64,000 bases of DNA, from NCBI GenBank assembly GCA_037917685.1, contig JAVCBU010000012.1, positions 192,001-256,000 of the forward strand. The letters are read 5' to 3'. A model generated the notes under the pieces. The model saw only the letters and a list, made by a program, of their open reading frames with translations, was not told the DNA's origin and searched no databases. Shown here in pieces: positions 27,533 through 36,157 of this stretch. Origin of the DNA: Thermoproteota archaeon. Lineage in GTDB: Archaea; Korarchaeota; Korarchaeia; Korarchaeales; JAOZGB01. Made by a program: the position numbers and the translations under genes. Position 1 is the stretch's first letter, and each line of letters begins with the position of its first letter.

Positions 27533-28189
27533 TTGGGGATTTACAGATGTGTTAAATGCGGGGAGTATACAAGAAAGGCAAGACATTGTGGACAGCGGGC
27601 TATCTTACTGCTGGATAGGGGGCGAAGGATTAGGTTAAGCAAGCTTCTAAGCTTAATCCTCAGACATAACCCGGAGATGGTTAATTCTAGTATCGGTAAA
27701 GATGGCTTCTTACATTGCAATTTGGAGGAGCTTGTAAAAAGGATAAGGCGTATTAAAGGATTTGACTGGGTTAGAATCGACCATATTTACGCGGTTGTCC
27801 GAACGGATGAAAAGGGAAGATTTGAAATTGAAAATGGGAGAATAAGGGCTTTATATGGTCATAGTATCCCTGTGGAAAATGAGTATAAACGGGATAAGGT
27901 GCCGGATGTACTTTACCATGGAACAGGTAGAGCAACGGTTGATTTGATTCTAAGGGAGGGTTTGAAGCCTATAAGGAGGAACATGGTTCATTTAACAAGT
28001 AATATTAGGGATGCATATGCTGTTGGACTGAGAAAGGATAGTAAGCCCGTAATTTTGGTTATAGATGCAAAGAGAGTTGTATCAGAGGGTATAGATATAA
28101 GAAGAGCTGGTAGAAACGTGTACGTTTGCAAACAAGTTCCTCCTAGGTTTATCAGGGTTTTAGATGGGGGCAAGTCTGGTAGCGACTGA
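27533..28189 (+). CDS. kptA: RNA 2'-phosphotransferase (Tpt1/KptA)
   Basis: LSK.LS.ILRH, KGRFE, IRALYGHS, LYHGT, R..VHLT. Confidence 0.95.
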   Translation: MGIYRCVKCGEYTRKARHCGQRAILLLDRGRRIRLSKLLSLILRHNPEMVNSSIGKDGFLHCNLEELVKRIRRIKGFDWVRIDHIYAVVRTDEKGRFEIENGRIRALYGHSIPVENEYKRDKVPDVLYHGTGRATVDLILREGLKPIRRNMVHLTSNIRDAYAVGLRKDSKPVILVIDAKRVVSEGIDIRRAGRNVYVCKQVPPRFIRVLDGGKSGSD

Positions 28190-28235
28190 TTGGATTATGT
28201 TTTAAAGAAAATGTTCTCTATTTTTGTGATACGGG

Positions 28236-29582
28236 TTGGCGGTTGAACTTCTCTACGATAGGGGTACGATTATCATAAGAGGAGAAGTTAGCGTACCATT
28301 TGCTGTATGGGATGACAGGTCCGTGTGCTATAGAGCTCAAGCCTTTAGGTATAGGGATATCGTAGAGTATCTTAGGAGAAGCGGGATTAGTTTTAAAGAT
28401 AGGGTTTGGAATCTCATTCCTTCCGTCAATTTCTCTTTTAAAGCTGCACTTAGAGACTACCAGGTTAATGCTTACCGTTCATGGGTTGATTCTGGGAAGA
28501 GGGGTGTGGTGGTTCTACCAACCGGGTCAGGGAAAACATTTATTGCTCTTAAGGCTATTTATGAATTGCAAGCTTCAACCTTAATTGTCGTTCCAACTCT
28601 TCCTCTCGTAGAGCAGTGGTGTAGACTGGTTAAACAACATCTAAATGTTGAGCCCGGGATTTATGGTGGAGGGAAGCATGTTTTAGGTTCAGTAACGGTT
28701 TCAACCTACGATTCCGCATATATCAGAGCCGAGGAGCTTGGCGACAAGTTTCTACTTGTTATTTTTGACGAGGCTCACCATCTCGCCGCTGAAGGATATA
28801 TCCAAATAGCTGAGATGCTTGCAGCACCCTATAGGCTTGGTTTAACCGCCACATTCGAAAGGGAGGATGGAAGACACGTATTACTTTTCAGGGTTCTTGG
28901 GGGTGTCGTTTTTAGGCTTGGCCCGGAGGATATGAAGGGCCGTCACCTTGCAGATTTTAGGGTTGTTAGGATTCCTGTTAGTCTTACGGAAGAGGAGAGG
29001 AATAGATATGATGAGCTTGTAAGAACTTATAAGAAACTTCTAAGGGACTCCGGGATAAGTATTAGGTCGATTGATGACTTTAGGAAACTTATAATGAGAA
29101 GTGGAACTTCAAAGGCGGCTAGAAAGGCCCTGCTTGCGTGGAATGAGGCTAGAAAGATAGCTATAAATTCGGAGTCTAAAATCGATGTTTTAAGTAATTT
29201 GCTGGAGGCGCATAGGGATGAGAAGGTTATTATCTTTACTGAATTTAACAGTATGGCTGAAAGAGTGAGTAGACGGTTTCTTATCCCACTTATAACACAG
29301 AAGACTGGTAAGCTGGAGCGGCAGGCTATCCTAGAAGGTTTTAGGAATGGTAGGTTTACAAAGATTGTTACGTCTAAAGTTTTAGATGAAGGTTTAGACG
29401 TGCCTGATGCGAGTATTGCTATAATTCTTGGAGGTACTGGAAGCAAAAGAGAATTTATACAGAGACTTGGAAGAATTTTAAGGAAAAAACAGGGGAAACA
29501 GGCGATTCTCTACGAGGTTGTATCAGCCGGGACGGCTGAAACAAGAATTTCATGGAGGAGGAGAAAGGCCCTAGATATCTAG
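28236..29582 (+). CDS. xpb: XPB/Rad25 DNA repair helicase
   Basis: LRDYQ, LPTGSGKT, DEAHH, LGLTAT.ER.D, VLDEGLDVP, QRLGRILR. Confidence 0.93.
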   Translation: MAVELLYDRGTIIIRGEVSVPFAVWDDRSVCYRAQAFRYRDIVEYLRRSGISFKDRVWNLIPSVNFSFKAALRDYQVNAYRSWVDSGKRGVVVLPTGSGKTFIALKAIYELQASTLIVVPTLPLVEQWCRLVKQHLNVEPGIYGGGKHVLGSVTVSTYDSAYIRAEELGDKFLLVIFDEAHHLAAEGYIQIAEMLAAPYRLGLTATFEREDGRHVLLFRVLGGVVFRLGPEDMKGRHLADFRVVRIPVSLTEEERNRYDELVRTYKKLLRDSGISIRSIDDFRKLIMRSGTSKAARKALLAWNEARKIAINSESKIDVLSNLLEAHRDEKVIIFTEFNSMAERVSRRFLIPLITQKTGKLERQAILEGFRNGRFTKIVTSKVLDEGLDVPDASIAIILGGTGSKREFIQRLGRILRKKQGKQAILYEVVSAGTAETRISWRRRKALDI

Positions 29583-29593
29583 AGGTGGGGGCC

Positions 29594-31156
29594 ATGTTGC
29601 CATCTACTCTCCTTAGAGCTAGAAGGCGTGGAGGCCGGTTGTTGGTTCTATTCGCAAGAGGCAAGGGGGTGGAGGCGAATGTAGCAGCTGGGCTCATAGG
29701 TCTTTTTGAACGCAGTATTGGCAAGAGCCTGTCAGATCTAAGTAGCGAATTGGAGGACCTGGAAAAGATGTATGAGGCCGCAGGCGTCGATTACAAGTTC
29801 TGCAGAGGATTAAGCGTGCTACTTTTACGGAGATGCGGCTTACGGAGGGAGAATCCTAAGATAGAGCCTGTGAAGGCTAGGCTAACTGTTTACGATGTTA
29901 TTAACAGGTTATATGGTGGATTTCTACCATCAGAGCAATTTAGGGAAGCAGTCCTCAAAAGAGCTGCTACAATTCTCGGGGTAGACGAATTAGAGCTTGA
30001 AGAATCTATGTACTCGGACAGTGAAGATGCTATAGTTGTTGAGGAGTTTAAGCGTATTGGTACATCCGAGCTTCTCAAAGAGTACAATCTAGCACTCTTA
30101 CAAACTGCACTGTTTAAAGCAACTTCCATGACGATTGAAACCTCGGCATCAGGATGGGAGATTAAACCATTACTGAGGGATGTCAAGTTTAGGGGGCTAA
30201 TGTACATTGCTTACAAGATAAATAAATGTGTGAGGATAGTTCTTGATGGTCCTTCGTCGCTGATTAAAATGACAACACGGTATGGGACAGCCATGGCGAA
30301 GGTAATACCAAGAATAATCTCCCTTAGTGACTGGAGCATTAGGGCTACCGTTGTAAGGAAGGTTTCGGGTAGACCTAGATATTTAACTCTCTCCATTGAT
30401 GATTCTAAGAGAAAACTTTTCCCAGAATCTAAGGTTGAAATCGAATCCTTCGATAGTGTTGTCGAGAGGGACTTTTATAGAGTTGTCCAACAGGCAGGAT
30501 GGAGGGTGGAAAGAGAGCCTGAACCATTGGTTTCAGATGGAAATATTGTAATACCTGATTTCAAAGTTTCAAGAAACGGTATAGACCTGTACGTTGAGAT
30601 AGTCGGTTATTGGACTGCCGAATATCTTAAAAGGAAGATAGAAAAGTTGAAAGGTCTTAAAGACAAGATTGTTATCCTTGCCGACAAAAGATTAGCATGT
30701 TCCTCTCTCCAGAGACTTCCGATGGAAGTAGTATACTATGATGGAAAGGTGACTCCTATACAGGTTTATAAAGCCCTCTCCAAATACTCAAAAAAGCCTG
30801 TTGGCATGGTGGACATTGAAGCTATAAGCAGAGTTTTAAAGGGTGAAATTGTCGATTTAAAGAGGATTGCCAAAGAGAAGAATATAGATCTGAAATTAGT
30901 AGAGGCGAAAGTGAAGGAAAAGGGTGAATATATCGTAGTAGGGGGGATTGCTGTTCATAGGGATTTATCTTCACGGGTTTCAACTGTAATCAAGGAGAGA
31001 GGATTCTTAACATATGGCGAAGCTTACAGAACGCTGTCAAGTTTAGATATTCCTGAAGATTACCATGTGCCGGTTTTAGAGGCAGCTGGATACCGCCTAA
31101 AATGGCGTGGAATAGATATCAAGAGTGCCTTGATAGTACGGAAGGAAATGGAATAG
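29594..31156 (+). CDS. bax1: Bax1 endonuclease (DUF790)
   Basis: MLPS.LL, YNL.L.QT.LF, DGP.SL...T.RYG..MA, FDS.VE..F, REPEP, IPDF, VEIVGYWT.EYL; directly after XPB. Confidence 0.9.
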   Translation: MLPSTLLRARRRGGRLLVLFARGKGVEANVAAGLIGLFERSIGKSLSDLSSELEDLEKMYEAAGVDYKFCRGLSVLLLRRCGLRRENPKIEPVKARLTVYDVINRLYGGFLPSEQFREAVLKRAATILGVDELELEESMYSDSEDAIVVEEFKRIGTSELLKEYNLALLQTALFKATSMTIETSASGWEIKPLLRDVKFRGLMYIAYKINKCVRIVLDGPSSLIKMTTRYGTAMAKVIPRIISLSDWSIRATVVRKVSGRPRYLTLSIDDSKRKLFPESKVEIESFDSVVERDFYRVVQQAGWRVEREPEPLVSDGNIVIPDFKVSRNGIDLYVEIVGYWTAEYLKRKIEKLKGLKDKIVILADKRLACSSLQRLPMEVVYYDGKVTPIQVYKALSKYSKKPVGMVDIEAISRVLKGEIVDLKRIAKEKNIDLKLVEAKVKEKGEYIVVGGIAVHRDLSSRVSTVIKERGFLTYGEAYRTLSSLDIPEDYHVPVLEAAGYRLKWRGIDIKSALIVRKEME

Positions 31157-31225
31157 TTACTATTTAAAGATGGATTCTATGCGGAAAGCTTAAAAATAGG
31201 CAATACTATCATGCATGGGGATTAT

Positions 31226-31453
31226 ATGGTTAAAGCCTACATTCTCATAAGAACCCAGATCGGTATGGTTGACGAGGTTAGAGATAAGCTAAAGAGGATA
31301 CCTGGTATAGTCTCCGTTGATGAAGTTTCAGGCCCTATAGATATAATTGCAATAGCGGAGGCGGATAGCCTAAGAAACCTGAGAAATCTAATACTCGGAG
31401 AGATCCATGCTATTGAGGGTGTAACTAGAACGGAAACAGCGCTTGTGCTATGA
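31226..31453 (+). CDS. Stand-alone Lrp/AsnC ligand-binding (RAM) domain protein
   Basis: VKAYILI, V.G..DIIA, I..IEGV.RTET. Confidence 0.88.
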   Translation: MVKAYILIRTQIGMVDEVRDKLKRIPGIVSVDEVSGPIDIIAIAEADSLRNLRNLILGEIHAIEGVTRTETALVL

Positions 31454-31785
31454 TTAGAACGGCATAACTTAGATTATCTCACTATAGTCTAATATACAAT
31501 GGAACTATTACTTGTAGTGGGTGTAGAAAACTGGGACTGGGTTTCCTGATCTTCCTGACGTGAAAGTTACCCTTACAGGGTAGAACTCTCTCAGAACTTC
31601 GACCTCTGCTTTATCTTTGTTTACAATTTTTGATAGAAGAAGCTTGATTAGCTTCTTTTTAGGGAATATTCTTGCCAGTTGCAGCTACAGACGTGTCTTA
31701 ATTTAATAAATTAACGTGTTCTGGCTAGTTTAGGAACGTGGGTTAAGTTTAAGATTTTAAGTTTTAGATGTGATTAGGATAAAAG

Positions 31786-33114
31786 ATGAAGAGAATAAGG
31801 ACTATAATTATGGGTGCGGCTGGTAGAGATTTTCATAACTTTAACGTTTACTTTCGGGACAACGAACGTTTTGAAGTGATATGCTTTACACATGGGCAGC
31901 TGCCTATTGATACGAAAAGGATGTATCCACCTGTGCTTGCAGGCAAGTTGTATCCCAATGGTATTCCCATATATCCGGAGTCAATGTTACCGGAGCTGAT
32001 AAAAAAGTACGATGTCGACCTTGTAGTTTTCTCTTATAGCGATGTTTCTCATTTATACGTCATGGAGAAGGCCTCCGTGGCGATGGCTAATGGAGCAAGC
32101 TTCATGCTACTCGGGCCTAAGGATACCCTGCTAGAGTCGAAAAGGCCTGTTATAGCCATCTGTGCTGTTAGGACTGGCTCTGGAAAGAGCCCAACTACCA
32201 GGAAAATTAGTGGAATAGTTAAGGAGCTAGGTTTAAGAGCCGCTGTGATTAGGCATCCCATGCCTTACGGTGACCTGTCAAAGCAGATTGTTATGGAATT
32301 AAGAAGATTGGAGGATCTGGATAAGTATAAATGTACGGTGGAGGAGAGAGAAGATTTCACCCACCTTTTAAAATCAGGTTTTACGGTGCTAGCGGGTGTA
32401 GATTATGATAAGGTTTTGAAGAGAGCTGAAGAGATAGCTGATGTTATAATATGGGATGGAGGAAATAACGATTTTCCATTTATCAGACCTGACCTATTGT
32501 TTGTTGTAGCTGATCCCTTTAGAGCCGGCCACGAGGTATCGTATTATCCTGGAATGATTAATTTTCTAATGGCAGATGTGATTGTGGTGAATAAGGTCAA
32601 CTCAGCATCTCCGGACGGAGTGGAAAAGGTAATTCACAATGCTAGAAAATACAACCCTAAAGCTATAATTGTGAAAACTGAATCTGTTATAAGCTGCGAT
32701 TGCGATGTTGACATTAAAGGCAAGTCTGTAGCTGTTGTGGAAGATGGACCAACCACAACACATGGTGGCATGCCGTATGGGGCTGGTTATCTGTTTGCTA
32801 AGAGTTCTGGCGCTAAGATCGTTGATCCCAAGAGATTCGCTGTTGGGGAGTATAAGAAGATATATGAAGAGTATAGCCATTTAGGCCCTGTAATTCCTGC
32901 GGTAGGGTATAGTAACGAGCAGGTTAGGATGCTTGAAGCGATGCTTAACTCCATCGATTGTGACGCTGTTGTTTCAGGTACTCCTATCGAACTTTCAAGT
33001 CTGGTTAAGATTAATAAGCCGATATATAACGTGAGATATGATGTTAAGGTTGTTAAAGGACCAACTTTTAAGGAGATCATACATGAATTCTTAAAGAGAA
33101 GGGGTCTTATCTAG
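31786..33114 (+). CDS. COG2403 P-loop GTPase (cyclic 2,3-diphosphoglycerate synthetase-like)
   Basis: MGAAGRDFHNFN, AVRTGSGKS, RHPMPYGDL, WDGGNND, EDGPT.THGGM. Confidence 0.88.
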   Translation: MKRIRTIIMGAAGRDFHNFNVYFRDNERFEVICFTHGQLPIDTKRMYPPVLAGKLYPNGIPIYPESMLPELIKKYDVDLVVFSYSDVSHLYVMEKASVAMANGASFMLLGPKDTLLESKRPVIAICAVRTGSGKSPTTRKISGIVKELGLRAAVIRHPMPYGDLSKQIVMELRRLEDLDKYKCTVEEREDFTHLLKSGFTVLAGVDYDKVLKRAEEIADVIIWDGGNNDFPFIRPDLLFVVADPFRAGHEVSYYPGMINFLMADVIVVNKVNSASPDGVEKVIHNARKYNPKAIIVKTESVISCDCDVDIKGKSVAVVEDGPTTTHGGMPYGAGYLFAKSSGAKIVDPKRFAVGEYKKIYEEYSHLGPVIPAVGYSNEQVRMLEAMLNSIDCDAVVSGTPIELSSLVKINKPIYNVRYDVKVVKGPTFKEIIHEFLKRRGLI

Positions 33115-33864
33115 TAGTTCCAACAATTTTTTAATAGCGTCATCCACAGTGGATTCCGGACTTGAAGATCGCTTTCCTATGAGTCTAAAGACAATTTTGA
33201 GTTTAGGTTTCCATTCGCTCCCTATAGGATGGCTTTTAACCTCTAGTCCAGGATAGGCGTCTTGAATTCTTTTTAGAATTGGTGCTATAGAGGATTCTGG
33301 TACTCCTTCTATGGTTATCGTCTTCATTATGGATGTTATATCTTTTGTTTTCAACTTGAGTTTGGGAATTATGTATCTCTCCATCATCTCCCTCATTTCT
33401 CTTGGTACTCCGGGAAGGACGTAAATCACCGTTTTCCCTATTTTTAACTCGATACCAGGCGCTACGCCCACTGGGTTTTCTATCGGCCGAGCGTTGACAG
33501 GGATTTTCGCCATCTTTGTTCTCTCAGGTGATAGGGGTAGGTTTAGATCCTTATATCTCTCCGCTATCATCTTATAAGCTTCAGTATTGATTCCCGTGGG
33601 GATTTTTAGGGTTTTAGACAGGCACTCTATGGTTTTGTCATCGTGTGTAGGACCAAGACCCCCTGTAATGATTAGTATATCCGGTTTTTCAGATATAGAC
33701 CAATCAATTGCCTTTTTGAGTTCCTCGCAGTCGTCTCCGATAACAATCACCCTTTTGGTTTTTACACCTATGTGATATAGCTTCGACGCTAACCACGAGG
33801 CGTTAGTGTTTATAGTTTCTCCTGTTAACAGCTCGTTACCCGTGTTTATAATTATTGCTTCCAC
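33091..33864 (-). CDS. CinA-like molybdopterin-binding-domain protein
   Basis: GNELL.G...NTNA.WLA, GDD, TGGLGPTHDDKT, NPVG.APG, LPGVP.EM. Confidence 0.9.
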   Translation of the reverse strand: MEAIIINTGNELLTGETINTNASWLASKLYHIGVKTKRVIVIGDDCEELKKAIDWSISEKPDILIITGGLGPTHDDKTIECLSKTLKIPTGINTEAYKMIAERYKDLNLPLSPERTKMAKIPVNARPIENPVGVAPGIELKIGKTVIYVLPGVPREMREMMERYIIPKLKLKTKDITSIMKTITIEGVPESSIAPILKRIQDAYPGLEVKSHPIGSEWKPKLKIVFRLIGKRSSSPESTVDDAIKKLLELLDKTPSL

Positions 33865-33903
33865 AGGGTTTAAACCCTTCTATTAACTATTAATTTTAGG
33901 TTG

Positions 33904-35349
33904 CTAACCATTTTCTACTGTTCTTAGTAATTTCTCGATCTCTTCTAACTCTCTGGATATTTCGTCGTCGATTTTTTTCTTGTTAACCAGTTTCTCCTTG
34001 ATTTGAAATATCAGGGTTTTTATCTGTGCGTTTCCGTAGAGTATGGCGTTTATCAATGGAGTGAGGGATACTCTATGCTTCACAGTGTATTCTATTTTTG
34101 TATCCATCAAGAATTCAGCTATCCTTCTGATTTCTTTGCTGGCTTTAGAGTCCGGATATTGTAAAGCGGCGGGTATACCCATTCTATAAGACTTCTCCAT
34201 ATTTTCATCGTATGGGACTACGAAGCAGGGCTGCGAGTCAGACTTCTTGAGCGGTCTTGTTAACTCTTTGAGATTTTTTAGATCTTTTTTCCTAACTTTA
34301 TTTACAATGTAAGCTGGATATTCTATTCTGAGAAGTGTTGATAGGTCTATTAAAGGTTGGGTCGCGTTTATCGTTGGTTTATTCGGTTCCACAACAGGTA
34401 GAAATGCATCTGAGATTGGAAGTAAAAGGTAGTAGTCTGCCATACCTGAAAATCCTCCGCCCCCAGGCCCATCTATTATAATCATTTGGCACTTTGATTT
34501 AAGGAAACTGGTAAGATTCTTCATTTTTTCTTCGTATCTTTGGTAGTTTCTATATAAGTCTTTCTTAGTTGTAAATATCTGTGAAGCGGGTATGAAAGCT
34601 ATGTTTTTATACTCAGGGTACCTGCCGCTCACATGCGCTATTTCCCATGGTTTGGCTGAATCGTTTAAGTACTCTTTAAGGGTGGGGTAATTGTCTGGGT
34701 TCTCTTCTCTAGCCTTTATAAAATCTGGATCCCAAAGAAATTCTGAACTATTTCTCCCAAAGTCTGCCTCTATAAAGGCTATCCTCTTGTTATAGAGTTT
34801 CGAGAGCCAGACAGCTACGTTAAAGCTTATACTCGTACACCCGGTATTATGGATAACAGTCCCGGAAGAAATGTAGTTGTTGTACTCGTCAACAGTGAGA
34901 TCGTAAAAATACGTATCTACAGTTGTTCGAGATATCTTTGAAACTTCTATGGTTTTTCTGTCCGACGTGCTAAATAGCTTGTCCTGCTTGTTTAATCTGA
35001 AAGCTTCTTTATATAACAGTTTAGAGCCTTGGACTATCAAAAAAGGATGCCGAGGTGACGTTAATAATACATTTCCATTAGATAGTTCCACCTTACATAT
35101 TTCCCCCTTTACAGGTATCTTCCATATGCATCTAACCTCATTCCATTTAAAACGGCCATTCTCCGGATTTACGCTTTGTACTTTAAGCTTCCCTTGAGGG
35201 AGAATAACCACTGTTACTTCATGTTTAAAAAAACCTACCATCTTCTCAAAAAGACGTTTGAAAACTATGTTTCCATACTCTTTGGTGAGTATCGTGGAAT
35301 CTCCGTCGATGCATCCCCCTCCAATTTTACCAAATGTTACAACCTTCAA
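33904..35349 (-). CDS. MinD/ParA-family (TadZ/CpaE-like) P-loop protein containing an intein
   Basis: Spliced N-terminus MKVVTFGKIGGG|TGCTSISFNVA; IEADFG, IIIDGPGG, IVNKV, VPYD....S...G.P....PDS.AS..I..IA. Confidence 0.85.
   Translation of the reverse strand: MKVVTFGKIGGGCIDGDSTILTKEYGNIVFKRLFEKMVGFFKHEVTVVILPQGKLKVQSVNPENGRFKWNEVRCIWKIPVKGEICKVELSNGNVLLTSPRHPFLIVQGSKLLYKEAFRLNKQDKLFSTSDRKTIEVSKISRTTVDTYFYDLTVDEYNNYISSGTVIHNTGCTSISFNVAVWLSKLYNKRIAFIEADFGRNSSEFLWDPDFIKAREENPDNYPTLKEYLNDSAKPWEIAHVSGRYPEYKNIAFIPASQIFTTKKDLYRNYQRYEEKMKNLTSFLKSKCQMIIIDGPGGGGFSGMADYYLLLPISDAFLPVVEPNKPTINATQPLIDLSTLLRIEYPAYIVNKVRKKDLKNLKELTRPLKKSDSQPCFVVPYDENMEKSYRMGIPAALQYPDSKASKEIRRIAEFLMDTKIEYTVKHRVSLTPLINAILYGNAQIKTLIFQIKEKLVNKKKIDDEISRELEEIEKLLRTVENG
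34846..35313 (-). mobile_element. Mini-intein (156 aa, no homing endonuclease)
   Basis: Block A CIDGDSTIL, block B L.NG..L.TSPRHPF, block F YFYDLTVD.YNNY, block G VIHN followed by +1 Thr. Confidence 0.92.
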
Positions 35350-35540
35350 GAAATCTCACCAAGAACATCAGCTAACTCCTTGAGAGCGTCTTCTATCTCC
35401 ATAACTCTTTTTTCTAGAATATTTACCCTTTCAATGAGAATTTTTAACCCTGAAACCATGGTTTTAGCATGACTATTGTTGCCTCTTAATGGATTGGAGC
35501 CTTCAACCTCATCGAATGCTCTATTGATGTTCATTTTCAC
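35346..35540 (-). CDS. Small coiled-coil protein translationally coupled to the MinD-like gene
   Basis: LIERVNILEKRVMEIEDALKEL heptads; 4-nt overlap with the downstream start. Confidence 0.65.
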   Translation of the reverse strand: MKMNINRAFDEVEGSNPLRGNNSHAKTMVSGLKILIERVNILEKRVMEIEDALKELADVLGEIS

Positions 35541-35624
35541 CGAATTAAAAGGGGGTGATTTGAATATTTAGGATACTCGAAAGAGGGGGTTAATAATCTA
35601 AATCGTTTATCTATATTTATTGAA

Positions 35625-35897
35625 ATGGCTATAGAACTATTTAGAGCTCTTGGGCATAAGCATCGATATGTAGTTTATAAAATGCTTGAAGAAGATCCTC
35701 TAACCAAGGGAGAGATTGCAAGAAGGCTTGGAATATCCATTGCTCACTTGTCATATCATATAACCAGGCTTAAAGAAGCAGGGATAGTAATCGAGTACAG
35801 AAAGGGACACAAGAAGTATTTACGCTTATCAAAAAGACTAATAGTCGAAGTTTGGGATTCGAGCCCTAAAAATACTCCAAACAAGCATTCTGTTTAA
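35625..35897 (+). CDS. ArsR-family HTH regulator
   Basis: FRALG...R..V..ML...PLT.GEIA..LGIS..LSYHI..L..AGIV. Confidence 0.88.
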   Translation: MAIELFRALGHKHRYVVYKMLEEDPLTKGEIARRLGISIAHLSYHITRLKEAGIVIEYRKGHKKYLRLSKRLIVEVWDSSPKNTPNKHSV

Positions 35898-35909
35898 TGA
35901 GGGATAAAA

Positions 35910-36125
35910 GTGAATGAAGTTTTAGGGGCAGGCTTATTGCTTGCAGTTACTGTAGGAATATTTATAGCTGCAGTTATACCTCCGATAGCCAATGTTCTAA
36001 GCTGGATCGAAGACAAACCTGCTAGAAACCACACCAACATTCAGAACTTACTTGACTGGATTAATTCAGGGCTAGATAAAATATTCGGACATGAAAATGA
36101 GAATCAAACAACAAGCCCAGGATAG
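35910..36125 (+). CDS. Small single-TM protein with pilin-like N-terminus
   Basis: (V)NEVLGAGLLLAVTVGI resembles the mature archaeal pilin N-terminus VSEVIG.ILL.AI.V. Confidence 0.55.
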   Translation: MNEVLGAGLLLAVTVGIFIAAVIPPIANVLSWIEDKPARNHTNIQNLLDWINSGLDKIFGHENENQTTSPG

Positions 36126-36157
36126 GTTTAAATGTTTAAAGAGATAGCACTTACCTC

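Noticed and set aside
27533-31156. Tpt1 next to helicase and nuclease as a defence or RNA-repair system
   Set aside because: XPB-Bax1 is a well-known archaeal pair and Tpt1 is a common stand-alone gene; nothing beyond adjacency links them.
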